This document shows, one piece after another, positions 16,384 to 23,939 of a stretch of 64,000 nucleotides of DNA. Positions within the stretch are counted from its first letter, which is position 1. Each line of letters opens with the position of its first letter. The position numbers and the translations under genes are program-made. Under the pieces are notes generated by a model. The model searched no databases, had not been told where the DNA came from, and was given only the letters and a program-made list of their open reading frames with translations. The stretch lies in NCBI GenBank assembly GCA_965203955.1, contig OZ241923.1:1357395-1421394 (forward strand), given 5' to 3'. The stretch is from Dehalococcoidia bacterium. Its GTDB lineage: Bacteria > Chloroflexota > Dehalococcoidia > Lucifugimonadales > JADFKI01.

Positions 16384-17589
16384 ATGACCACTACACAAAA
16401 AACGCTGCCCGACGAGCGGGGAAGGTTCGGGGACTTTGGCGGTCGGTTCGTGCCGGAGACGCTGATGAGCGCGATCGAGGAGCTTGAGCGCGAGTACGCG
16501 GCGGCGCAATCTGACGAGGAGTTCCAGGCGGAGATGCGGTCGCTGTCGGAGCATTACGTGGGGAGGCCGACGCCGCTGTATTACGCGGAGAACCTGAGCG
16601 CGGAGCTTGGCGGGGCGCAGATTTACATCAAGCGGGAGGACCTGGCGCATACGGGGGCGCACAAGATCAACAACGCGCTGGGGCAGGCGCTGCTGGCGCG
16701 GCGGATGGGCAAGAACCGCGTGATCGCGGAGACGGGGGCGGGGCAGCATGGGGTGGCGACGGCGACGGTTTGCGCGATGCTGAAGCAGGAGTGCATCGTC
16801 TATATGGGGGAGGAGGACATTCGCAGGCAGGCGCTGAACGTGTTCCGCATGCGGCTGCTGGGGGCGGAGGTGCGGCCGGTGTCGTCGGGGAGCAGGACGC
16901 TGAAGGACGCGATCAACGAGTGCATCCGGGACTGGGTTACGAATGTGGAGGATACGCACTACCTTATAGGGAGCGTGGTGGGGCCGCATCCCTACCCGAT
17001 GATGGTGCGGGACTTCCAGAAGGTGATAGGGGCGGAGGCGCGGGCGCAGCTGCTGGCGACGGTGGGGAGGCTGCCGGACTACGCAGTGGCGTGCGTGGGC
17101 GGGGGCAGCAACGCGATGGGGCTGTTCTACGAGTTCATCGGGGATGAGGGGGTGAAGCTGGTGGGCGTGGAGGCGGGCGGCGAGGGGGTGGATACGGGCA
17201 GGCACTCTTCTACGCTGACGTCGGGCCGGGTGGGGGTGCTGCATGGGAGCATGTCGTACCTCTTGCAGGATGACGACGGGCAGGTGATGGAGGCGCACAG
17301 CATATCGGCGGGGCTGGACTACCCGGGCGTTGGGCCGGAGCATAGCTGGCTGAACGACCTTGAGCGGGCGGAGTATGTGAGTGTGACGGACACGGAGGCG
17401 CTTGAGGGGTTCGAGCTGATGTGCCGCACGGAGGGGATCATCCCGGCGCTGGAACCGGCGCATGCGGCTTACTATATTTCGCAGCTTGCGCCGACGTTGC
17501 CTGCGGACCAGATCATACTGATGGGTCTGAGCGGGCGCGGGGACAAGGATATGGACACGGTTGCTTCCGCGCTGGGTGTGGGGATTTAG
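16384..17589 (+). CDS. trpB: tryptophan synthase beta chain
   Basis: [25 protein letters not shown] (PLP Lys), GGGSNAMG. I place the start at MTTTQKT rather than the ORF-track 16210. No trpA is adjacent. Confidence 0.9.
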   Translation: MTTTQKTLPDERGRFGDFGGRFVPETLMSAIEELEREYAAAQSDEEFQAEMRSLSEHYVGRPTPLYYAENLSAELGGAQIYIKREDLAHTGAHKINNALGQALLARRMGKNRVIAETGAGQHGVATATVCAMLKQECIVYMGEEDIRRQALNVFRMRLLGAEVRPVSSGSRTLKDAINECIRDWVTNVEDTHYLIGSVVGPHPYPMMVRDFQKVIGAEARAQLLATVGRLPDYAVACVGGGSNAMGLFYEFIGDEGVKLVGVEAGGEGVDTGRHSSTLTSGRVGVLHGSMSYLLQDDDGQVMEAHSISAGLDYPGVGPEHSWLNDLERAEYVSVTDTEALEGFELMCRTEGIIPALEPAHAAYYISQLAPTLPADQIILMGLSGRGDKDMDTVASALGVGI

Positions 17590-17627
17590 TTTTGAGTTAT
17601 CAGTTGTGAGTTGTGAGTTATGAGTTT
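17587..17627 (+). repeat. TGA-rich heptad spacer (TGAGTTG variant) after the trpB stop
   Basis: TAGTTTTGAGTTATCAGTTGTGAGTTGTGAGTTATGAGTTT. Confidence 0.7.
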
Positions 17628-17665
17628 CCCCGCCCTGCCCCGCTGGATTCCTGCATGCGCTGGAA
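17627..17665 (+). repeat. repeat family E (CCCCGCCC..GGATTCC hairpin element)
   Basis: TCCCCGCCCTGCCCCGCTGGATTCCTGCATGCGCTGGAA. Confidence 0.5.
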
Positions 17666-17697
17666 CTAACATCGATGTACAGGATGGATAGGATGGG
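17666..17697 (+). repeat. repeat family C copy
   Basis: CTAACATCGATGTACAGGATGGATAGGATGGG. Confidence 0.8.
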
Positions 17698-19002
17698 CTA
17701 TGGGCTGCGGATGGTGGGCATCTTTAGAGTGCCTGCCAGTGGGTTGGGTAGGAGGGGGACGCCTTCGGATTCGGCGAGTTCGGTTAGATGCGCGAGGGCG
17801 GCTTCGTGTGCCTTCCAGTCTTCGGGGGTGGGCTGGTAGATTGTGATTTCGCTTTCTTCGTAGTCGCCGGATTCGATGTGCATCTGATAGTCGAAGATTG
17901 CCTGTTGGTCGGGGTTCAGGGGTTCGTGGTAGCAGTCGGGCTTGTCATCGTCGGGGTTACTAACAGGATTTACAGGATGGATAGGATTGGTCTGCTCGGT
18001 GTTGTCGGGAGAGCTGGCGGACAGGTCCTTCGACAGGCCCTTCGACAGGCTCAGGACGCGGCTCAGGACGAACGTGTCCTTTTGTTCGGCTTCGAGGTCA
18101 TCGGTTTCCTTTAGCTCTTGGGCTAGGGATTGGTAGTCGTTGTTGTCGTATTGGTCGTGGTCGGCTGCTTCGATGGGGTGGGCGGCTAGGCGCTCTTTCT
18201 GGGCTGCGATGAGGCTGGTGGACTGCTGGTCGCGCCAGTAGTCTTGGAGCATCTCAGGTGTGATTGCGTCGTAGTTGGTGTCCCAGCCGCGACGGAGTAG
18301 CTCAAGGGCTGCTGACATACGGTGATGCCAGACATAAGGCTCGTCGGGGTTAGCGTCTTCCATGACGTCGAGGAGGAAGCGGACGGCGTCTGTGCCGTGC
18401 TCGCTGTACTCTCTCATCCTTTTCGCAAGGTCGGTGTGCAGGGTGTCGTAGTCGTTGGTGTCGTGACTGTTGTCATCGCTGGCGTCAACTACGAGCTTGC
18501 GCTTTCTGCCGAAGTGTCCGAATCCGCGTCGCAGGATTTCTCTTGCTGCTGCCATTCGGTCGGTGTGGCGGATGCGGAGTTTCTTCGGGGTGAATGGCTT
18601 GTCGCGGCGGGTCATGACGTCTGACAGGAACTCTGCGATGGTGTGGCCGTCGGCTGTTTCCTGCCGGATGAGGTGGGCGATGTCGTAATTGAGGATGTCC
18701 AGGGAGTTAACAGTTGTCAGTTTTGAGTTTTCGGTGTCCCCGCCCGCCGGATTCCCGTTTTCGCGGGAATGACGATTTTTCTCTGCTGCTAGTTCTTCGG
18801 GTGTGGGGATTAGGCCCCAGAATTGGGGTTCGTCGTCCTCTGTGAAGCCGAAGTGGACGATGTGCTTCATGGCTTCGAGCTTGTGGTGGTACTTTGCGCC
18901 GGTGTGCCTGCCTTCTACTGTGTCAACCAGGAAGCGCGCGACTACTTCACCGTCTCCGGTGAGGTTGCGAATGTGTTGTTGTAGTCTGCTGGTGATGCAC
19001 AT
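17698..19002 (-). CDS. hypothetical protein with three ~50-aa repeat modules (paralog of 6066-6893) and repeat-element-derived linkers
   Basis: Modules: GDGEVVARFLVDTVEG..HKLEAMKHIVHFGF, ADGHTIAEFLSDVMT..DRMAAAREILRRGFG, and HGTDAVRFLLDVMED..HRMSAALELLRRGW. Start chosen at MCITSRL (19002). Confidence 0.5.
   Translation of the reverse strand: MCITSRLQQHIRNLTGDGEVVARFLVDTVEGRHTGAKYHHKLEAMKHIVHFGFTEDDEPQFWGLIPTPEELAAEKNRHSRENGNPAGGDTENSKLTTVNSLDILNYDIAHLIRQETADGHTIAEFLSDVMTRRDKPFTPKKLRIRHTDRMAAAREILRRGFGHFGRKRKLVVDASDDNSHDTNDYDTLHTDLAKRMREYSEHGTDAVRFLLDVMEDANPDEPYVWHHRMSAALELLRRGWDTNYDAITPEMLQDYWRDQQSTSLIAAQKERLAAHPIEAADHDQYDNNDYQSLAQELKETDDLEAEQKDTFVLSRVLSLSKGLSKDLSASSPDNTEQTNPIHPVNPVSNPDDDKPDCYHEPLNPDQQAIFDYQMHIESGDYEESEITIYQPTPEDWKAHEAALAHLTELAESEGVPLLPNPLAGTLKMPTIRSP
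17960..17990 (+). repeat. repeat family C copy inside the 17698-19002 ORF
   Basis: CTAACAGGATTTACAGGATGGATAGGATTGG, read antisense as ...NPIHPVNPVS... Confidence 0.7.
18027..18074 (+). repeat. repeat family G copy inside the 17698-19002 ORF
   Basis: TCCTTCGACAGGCCCTTCGACAGGCTCAGGACGCGGCTCAGGACGAACG, read antisense as ...VLSRVLSLSKGLSKDL... Confidence 0.6.
18736..18774 (+). repeat. repeat family E copy inside the 17698-19002 ORF
   Basis: GTCCCCGCCCGCCGGATTCCCGTTTTCGCGGGAATGACG (hairpin ATTCCCG/CGGGAAT), read antisense as RHSRENGNPAGGD. Confidence 0.6.
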
Positions 19003-19046
19003 GTGAGTTCTGAGTTTCCAGTTCTGAGTTGTGAGTTTTTGGTTTG
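19003..19046 (-). repeat. TGA/low-complexity spacer in the 5' leader of the 17698-19002 gene
   Basis: Minus strand reads CAAACCAAAAACTCACAACTCAGAACTGGAAACTCAGAACTCAC, then ATG. Confidence 0.6.
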
Positions 19047-19056
19047 ATAGCCACAA

Positions 19057-19095
19057 GAGGCGCAGGAATCATGATGGTGATTGGCGCTGCGCCTC
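19057..19095 (-). promoter_or_regulatory. 9-bp perfect-stem hairpin in the 5' leader of the 17698-19002 gene
   Basis: GAGGCGCAG (19057-19065) pairs with CTGCGCCTC (19087-19095), with a 21-nt loop. It lies between the promoter and the start codon. Confidence 0.4.
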
Positions 19096-19126
19096 TTGAG
19101 AACGTTTGCATTGATCTGTAAGCCCT

Positions 19127-19155
19127 ATGATACGTACGGATGTTTGGGTTGTCAA
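19127..19155 (-). promoter_or_regulatory. sigma70-like promoter TTGACA-17-TATCAT for the 17698-19002 gene
   Basis: Minus strand reads TTGACAACCCAAACATCCGTACGTATCAT, nearly identical to 6997-7025. Confidence 0.6.
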
Positions 19156-19256
19156 GAGGGAATTGCCACAAAAGGCACAAAAGTCACAGAGTGGAGGGGA
19201 TGGAGGAGTGTCTGAGTGGGAGGGACGATTGAGTAAGAAGATGTCTGTCGGAAACC

Positions 19257-19421
19257 TCATCGGCTCTCGACTGATACGGCTGCTAGTGAGTCTCCGGCGA
19301 TGACGGCGTGAGCGTAAGCGATGCAGGCGCGAATGTCATCCAGCTCAACGTCGGGATAATCGTCAAGAATGGCCTCGGACTCGACGCCCTGTGCCAACAG
19401 GCTGAGTATAATACCAATTCG
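19257..19421 (-). pseudogene. 5'-truncated DUF433 antitoxin gene fragment (remnant of a second DUF433/DUF5615 pair)
   Basis: Encodes ...RIGIILSLLAQGVESEAILDDYPDVELDDIRACIAYAHAVIAGDS..., clearly similar in nt and aa to 19841-20089. It ends in the same ATGA overlap, followed by MRF... (about 21 nt of the toxin 5' end). Confidence 0.65.
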
Positions 19422-19490
19422 CTTTACTTATGACACAAAAGAGGCACCGGCGGATGCGACAGGGCAAAACCGATGGGACGCGTGACACCT

Positions 19491-19844
19491 TTATGGGTGT
19501 TGAGTAATGCGGATTGTCCCTCCACGGCTTACGGTTATTATCGCTCGCATTTCCAGCTCTCGTTGATGGCGCGCAATTACCATAGACATCAAGTAGATGC
19601 GTTGTGGAGTCCGAGTGTCAGGAAGTCGAACCAAACCGGCATGGGGGAGGCCGTGGAGAAATACTAACTCACCGAAGTCGGTGTCGATCGCCACAAGAAC
19701 GCGATTCTCTCTGACTGAAAGATCAAGTATCGCTCTGTCTCCCGGGTCGGGTCCAAGTTCCCTAATTGCGATGACATCGTGCCCGTTACGGCGTAGCCAA
19801 TCTGCCATCTGTTGTCCCGCGGAGTTGTCAATTAGAAATCTCAT
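19491..19844 (-). CDS. DUF5615 (PIN-like) putative toxin
   Basis: MRFLIDNSAG...GHDVIAIRELG...AIDTDFGELVF. 4-nt overlap with the upstream DUF433 gene. Confidence 0.65.
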   Translation of the reverse strand: MRFLIDNSAGQQMADWLRRNGHDVIAIRELGPDPGDRAILDLSVRENRVLVAIDTDFGELVFLHGLPHAGLVRLPDTRTPQRIYLMSMVIARHQRELEMRAIITVSRGGTIRITQHP

Positions 19845-20089
19845 ACGATTTCGACGGTCACCGCATCAATCGAGTCTCCGGATACGACAGCGTGTGCGTA
19901 GGCGATGCATGCACGAATGTCTTCGGGTTCCAAGTCGGGGTAATCGTCAAGGAGTTCTGCCTGGTCGGCGCCCTGTGCCATCAGGCTGAGAATCAGTTCA
20001 ACGGAAATCCGTATATTCCTGATGGCAGGCTTTCCGCCAAGTGTGTTCTGGTTCGCCGTTATCCGGCTGAGAAGTTCAGTGTCATTCAT
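19841..20089 (-). CDS. DUF433 putative antitoxin
   Basis: GGKPAIRNIRISVELILSLMAQGADQAELLDDYPDLEPEDIRACIAYA. Confidence 0.65.
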   Translation of the reverse strand: MNDTELLSRITANQNTLGGKPAIRNIRISVELILSLMAQGADQAELLDDYPDLEPEDIRACIAYAHAVVSGDSIDAVTVEIV

Positions 20090-20191
20090 TGTGTAATTGC
20101 TCCTTCTGGGTTCTGATATTCCTATCAGCCTGCCAGTCGAAATGTCAATTTCTGCTATCTCCCGGTCCCATGCAGGGCAAGATGGCGGGAA

Positions 20192-20227
20192 CTAACATGA
20201 TTTACAGGATGGGGAGATGGGGATAGG
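20192..20227 (+). repeat. repeat family C copy
   Basis: CTAACATGATTTACAGGATGGGGAGATGGGGATAGG. Confidence 0.75.
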
Positions 20228-20335
20228 TTAGGAAGATGCGGGAGTGGAGGGTAGTTAGGAAATGTTGACATGAGGTTGGGAATGGCCAGAAGCGGCACTC
20301 CATGATGGTTGCGGTGAGTCGAAGATGGGTAGCCT

Positions 20336-20566
20336 CTATTCGTCTTCGGTTAGCATGAGCGCGTTCCAGAACTCTTGAATCTGCGATTCTTGCTCGTCGT
20401 GCGGGATGATTGTGATTATGGACGACCAGCCGTTGCCGACATCCCAATACACGACATCTACTTGCTCACCAAGAATTCTAAAAGCTCGCTCTCCGTACTC
20501 TCTGGCGCGTAGGTGTCCTTGGCTAGTTCTCGCAATTCTGCCGAGAGTATCGCATATGAAATCCAT
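20336..20566 (-). CDS. hypothetical small protein (76 aa)
   Basis: ORF in an AT-richer islet, co-directional with 20632-21580. No recognisable motif. Confidence 0.35.
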   Translation of the reverse strand: MDFICDTLGRIARTSQGHLRAREYGERAFRILGEQVDVVYWDVGNGWSSIITIIPHDEQESQIQEFWNALMLTEDE

Positions 20567-20631
20567 TATGGTGCCTCCCTAGTGGTACGCCATCTGCCGC
20601 CTCTTTTTCTCCGGTAGTAACGATAAATTGA

Positions 20632-20853
20632 CTATTCGATTATCAATTCGTCAATGTTTTGGATTTCTATATCTTCGTGGCAAAAGTTGCAGTAAAGCGC
20701 ATCAACGAGCGGATAGGTTTCTGACCTCAGGTAAATAATCCTATCGCCTTCTGCCCTGAAAACCGGGCATGTGTCGAAGTCACCTCTAACCTCGGCGCTG
20801 CCGCATCTGGCACAAGCGTATTTTGGCTGAGTTTCGCTGTTGTTGGAGTTCAT
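20632..20853 (-). CDS. small zinc-ribbon protein (73 aa)
   Basis: CARCGS...CPVF...CNFCH gives two CxxC-type pairs. The start is 1 nt after the stop of the upstream gene. Confidence 0.45.
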   Translation of the reverse strand: MNSNNSETQPKYACARCGSAEVRGDFDTCPVFRAEGDRIIYLRSETYPLVDALYCNFCHEDIEIQNIDELIIE

Positions 20854-20854
20854 T

Positions 20855-21580
20855 TCACAATCTTCCTGTAGTGTATCTCTTCTCCAGTTCGTCTATGCCC
20901 ATGAATTTCACGCGCCCACGGATTTCGTGGAAAGTGTCCATTTCGAGTCTGTCGGCAAAGTGGTCCCTACGCGGTGCGGGCGCGACGATTTTGAGTTGCG
21001 TATAGAAGTCGCGCAGTTCGTTGAACTTGCTCAATGAGTTCAGCATATCGGTGGACATTTCGACCTCGAACATCTTGGCCGGCATGTCGCGCCTGTTGAA
21101 CCAGATGACATCCACAGTCCTTGCCCTGCGTAGAAAGTTCTGATAACCGAAGTTGGGCAGTCTCGTTATGTCGCAGACATCTCCGAGTTTTTGATTACCG
21201 TAAGTTCTATTTCTGTCCTGCGCGGGGACATAGGTTTTGTAATTCCGCGCTTTGCCGATTTCGACCAGCAAGCCTTGATAGTACCAATGGTTGCGCTCTT
21301 CCACTTCGGGAGGGATTTCGCCTTCTTCGGGAAGGCTGTACTCTCGTTCGTACTTCGACGCCAATTCTTGTAGGCAGTACAGGCCGGGCTTCAGGGGGTG
21401 GATATGAGTTGGCGTGTTTCGCACGATGCGGCGTATCGTGGCTTCCGGCGTTTTGGTTTTCCAATGGGTGGCGTCTCCGTCAGGGGCAAGAAGGGCACGG
21501 TTCAACTGTGATAGGGTAGCGATTCCGCCAAGTTGCTTGAGCGCGGATACTACCTGCATCCACTGAGTGATTTTCTTCAT
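20855..21580 (-). CDS. winged-helix (Mrr_N-like) + PD-(D/E)xK-like nuclease-fold protein
   Basis: N-terminus ITQWMQVVSALKQLGGIATLSQLNRALL...TIRRIVRNTP...LKPGLYCL. C-terminus VDVIWFNRRDMPAKMFEVEMSTD. The ORF track extends to 21619. Confidence 0.4.
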   Translation of the reverse strand: MKKITQWMQVVSALKQLGGIATLSQLNRALLAPDGDATHWKTKTPEATIRRIVRNTPTHIHPLKPGLYCLQELASKYEREYSLPEEGEIPPEVEERNHWYYQGLLVEIGKARNYKTYVPAQDRNRTYGNQKLGDVCDITRLPNFGYQNFLRRARTVDVIWFNRRDMPAKMFEVEMSTDMLNSLSKFNELRDFYTQLKIVAPAPRRDHFADRLEMDTFHEIRGRVKFMGIDELEKRYTTGRL

Positions 21581-21827
21581 ATAGCGAGCCCCCATTGCCC
21601 TACTATCAGTTTCTCGCATCTTAACATGCTTGCGAATATGTGATCTATCATTACGCCTAGATAGAGACGAGAGTATGCAGAGTAAGAGAATTGGGCATGG
21701 GCGGCCAAAGGCTGGATGTGATGTTGCGGAAGTCGAGGCTTGCGCGGGTGCGGCGGGTCAGGTGGGGGAGATTCTGGTATCATGCGGTGGGTAGAGGGAT
21801 TTACATAATGCGTATGGATAGGTTGGG

Positions 21828-22688
21828 ATGATGGCTGAACTTGATGGAATGCGGGTGGCGACGCTGGAGGCTCGGATGACGGGCGCGCTGGCGGGGTTGA
21901 TAAGCAAGCGCGGGGGTGTGCCGGTGACGGCTCCTGCGCTGCGGGAGGCTCCGCTGGACTGCGCGGAGGATGTGCGGTACTTGCTGGATAAGCTGGAGAG
22001 CGGGAGCCTGGATGTGGTGGTGTTCCAGACGGGTGTGGGCGCGAGGGCGCTGTTCAAGGAAGCCGACAATCAGGGCAGACTGGACTTTCTGCTGGACGCG
22101 CTGCGGGGGATTACGACGGTGTGCCGGGGTCCGAAGCCGACTGCCGCGCTGCGGGAGGTGGGTGTGCAGATTTCGGTGGGGATTGCCGCGCCGTACACGA
22201 CGAATGAGCTGCTGGATGCGCTGACTGCGCTGCCCGCGCGGGGGAAGCGGCTGATGGCGTTGCAGTACGGGGAGCGGAATGCTGCGCTGATGGATGCGCT
22301 CAGGGAGCAGTGCGAGACGGTGGATGAGCTTTGCCTGTACGAGTGGCAGCTTCCTGATGACGTGTCGCCGATGGTTGCGCTGGTGGAGGACCTGCTGGAC
22401 GGGCGCGTGGACGTGATTACGTTTACGAGCCAGGTGCAGATCCGGCATCTGTATCAGGTGGCGGCGGCGAATGGCGTGGCGGAGGGCGCGCTGTCGGATG
22501 CGCTGAACGCGAAGACCATCGTGTGCGCGGTGGGGCCTACTTGCGCGGGGGCGCTGGCGGATGTGGGTGTGGCGACGGATACGCAGCCGGAGTACCCGAA
22601 GATGGGGCATATGATGAATGCGCTGGCGGCGTATGTGGGGAGTAATAGACTTACATCGATGGACAGGATGGGAAGGATTAGAAGATAG
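21828..22688 (+). CDS. hemD: uroporphyrinogen-III synthase
   Basis: 286 aa with a HemD-like two-lobe pattern (DVVVFQTGVGARALF..., DVITFTSQVQIRHL). The last ~12 codons run into a family C repeat. Confidence 0.65.
   Translation: MMAELDGMRVATLEARMTGALAGLISKRGGVPVTAPALREAPLDCAEDVRYLLDKLESGSLDVVVFQTGVGARALFKEADNQGRLDFLLDALRGITTVCRGPKPTAALREVGVQISVGIAAPYTTNELLDALTALPARGKRLMALQYGERNAALMDALREQCETVDELCLYEWQLPDDVSPMVALVEDLLDGRVDVITFTSQVQIRHLYQVAAANGVAEGALSDALNAKTIVCAVGPTCAGALADVGVATDTQPEYPKMGHMMNALAAYVGSNRLTSMDRMGRIRR
22649..22678 (+). repeat. repeat family C copy (forms the hemD 3' end)
   Basis: CTTACATCGATGGACAGGATGGGAAGGATT. Confidence 0.8.
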
Positions 22689-22723
22689 GTTTTCAGTAGC
22701 CAGTTTTCAGTGAGTGTTGGTTG

Positions 22724-22764
22724 CCCCTGCTTCGTGGAGAGCGAGGCGGGGGCGATTGCTTTTG
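22724..22764 (+). terminator. rho-independent terminator after hemD
   Basis: CCCCTGCTTCG-TGGAGAG-CGAGGCGGGG hairpin followed by GCGATTGCTTTTG. Confidence 0.55.
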
Positions 22765-22823
22765 CGGGAAGCTGAGCGGGCATGGCGTGAGTGGATTTGG
22801 CTATATGCTTGCATATATGCCTC

Positions 22824-22852
22824 TTGCAGTTTATGATAAAAGCACTTATAAT
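22824..22852 (+). promoter_or_regulatory. near-consensus sigma70 promoter TTGCAG-17-TATAAT
   Basis: TTGCAG at 22824-22829, a 17-nt spacer, then TATAAT at 22847-22852. It lies about 60 nt upstream of the 80-aa ORF. Confidence 0.6.
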
Positions 22853-22910
22853 AAATTCATCATTATAGAAGGAGAGCCGTCCTGCCACCGTCGGCGGGCG
22901 AGATGCAGGG

Positions 22911-23153
22911 GTGAAGATGATGATGAAGTTGCGAATCGGGATGATGTTGACGATGGGACTGCTGACGGTGGCTTTGGCGGTGGTGTTGATGGGCGCGTTT
23001 CATGTGGGGACGGCTTCGGCGACGGATGACAGCAGGGGCGTTGTGGCGGTGAGCGATGCGGGAGGCGGGGATGGCTCGGCTTCTGCCTTCACGCCGGATG
23101 TTGCAGAGGATGAAGGCGATCTGTGGGCTGTGTGGTCGGAGGCGCTCCGATAA
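22911..23153 (+). CDS. small secreted protein/peptide (signal peptide + ~45-aa acidic Gly/Asp/Ala-rich mature part)
   Basis: MKMMMKLRIGMMLTMGLLTVALAVVLMGAFHVGTASA / TDDSRG... The exact start among GTG/ATG at 22911-22923 is uncertain. Confidence 0.5.
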   Translation: MKMMMKLRIGMMLTMGLLTVALAVVLMGAFHVGTASATDDSRGVVAVSDAGGGDGSASAFTPDVAEDEGDLWAVWSEALR

Positions 23154-23234
23154 GAGGGCCGGGGATGATGCGGATGAGTGGGAGCGTGGTTGAGGTGGTG
23201 GAGTGAGGAGAGACGCTCATTTGCCGGCTTGCCA

Positions 23235-23276
23235 CCCCTGTCTCGTGGAGAGCGAGGCGGGGGCGGTGTTTTTGTG
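23235..23276 (+). terminator. rho-independent terminator after the small secreted-protein gene
   Basis: CCCCTGTCTCG-TGGAGAG-CGAGGCGGGG plus GCGGTGTTTTTGTG. It is a near copy of 22724-22764. Confidence 0.55.
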
Positions 23277-23357
23277 TGGCGCCTGAATTCTTGGTCGAGC
23301 ACACAATAGCGAGCGACGACAATTGACACCTGTGAGGTTATAGGTTACAAGTAATGC

Positions 23358-23636
23358 ATGATTCTCGGCTTTCGGCATAGGGGATTGGCAAGGCTATATG
23401 AGCGGGGAGACCGCAGGCGGATTCCGCCTGAGCACGCAGATAAGATTGAGCGCATTCTCGCTAGGTTGGATGTGGCAGAGCAGCCTAGCGACATGGACTT
23501 GCCCGGATATAGACTCCATCCGCTGAGAGGCGAATTCTCGGGGCTATGGTCTGTCAGGGTTTCGGGAAACTGGAGGGTTGTATTTCGCTTTGACGGTGGC
23601 AATGTGCGAGATATTGACTTTGTTGATTATCACTGA
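23358..23636 (+). CDS. higB: HigB-type (plasmid maintenance system killer, RelE/ParE superfamily) toxin
   Basis: ...LHPLRGEFSGLWSVRVSGNWRVVFRFDGGNVRDIDFVDYH. Confidence 0.8.
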   Translation: MILGFRHRGLARLYERGDRRRIPPEHADKIERILARLDVAEQPSDMDLPGYRLHPLRGEFSGLWSVRVSGNWRVVFRFDGGNVRDIDFVDYH

Positions 23637-23648
23637 GAGGTTGAAGTC

Positions 23649-23930
23649 ATGCCTATGAAGAATCCGCCTCACCCGGGGCTTTCTATCCGATACGACTGCC
23701 TTGAGCCGCTTGGCATGAGCGTGACGGGAGCTGCCGCGCACTTAGGCGTCAGCCGCAAGCATCTGTCCGATGTTATCAACGGCCACGCCGGGATTTCCCC
23801 GGAGATGGCGGTGCGTCTGGATAAGGCTTTCGGCGGCGGCGCTTCGACGTGGTACCAGTTGCAAGCGGCTTATGACCTTGCCCAAGTGATGAAAAGGGCA
23901 GACCAGATAGAGGTCAGTCGGGTTGCATAA
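23649..23930 (+). CDS. higA: HigA family antitoxin (XRE HTH)
   Basis: [70 protein letters not shown]. Confidence 0.8.
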   Translation: MPMKNPPHPGLSIRYDCLEPLGMSVTGAAAHLGVSRKHLSDVINGHAGISPEMAVRLDKAFGGGASTWYQLQAAYDLAQVMKRADQIEVSRVA

Positions 23931-23939
23931 GCCGTACCT

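Noticed and set aside
16306-17463. A 385-aa minus-strand ORF opposite trpB. Similar long Arg/Pro/His-rich ORFs occur at 21801-22610, 24700-25689, 26577-27476, 28403-29446, 36557-37390, 38506-39876, 43612-44691, 59253-60038 and 61585-62340.
   Set aside because: All of them lie antisense or out of frame to genes with clear family motifs. They have extreme R/P/H/A composition and no recognisable domains. These are typical high-GC shadow ORFs.
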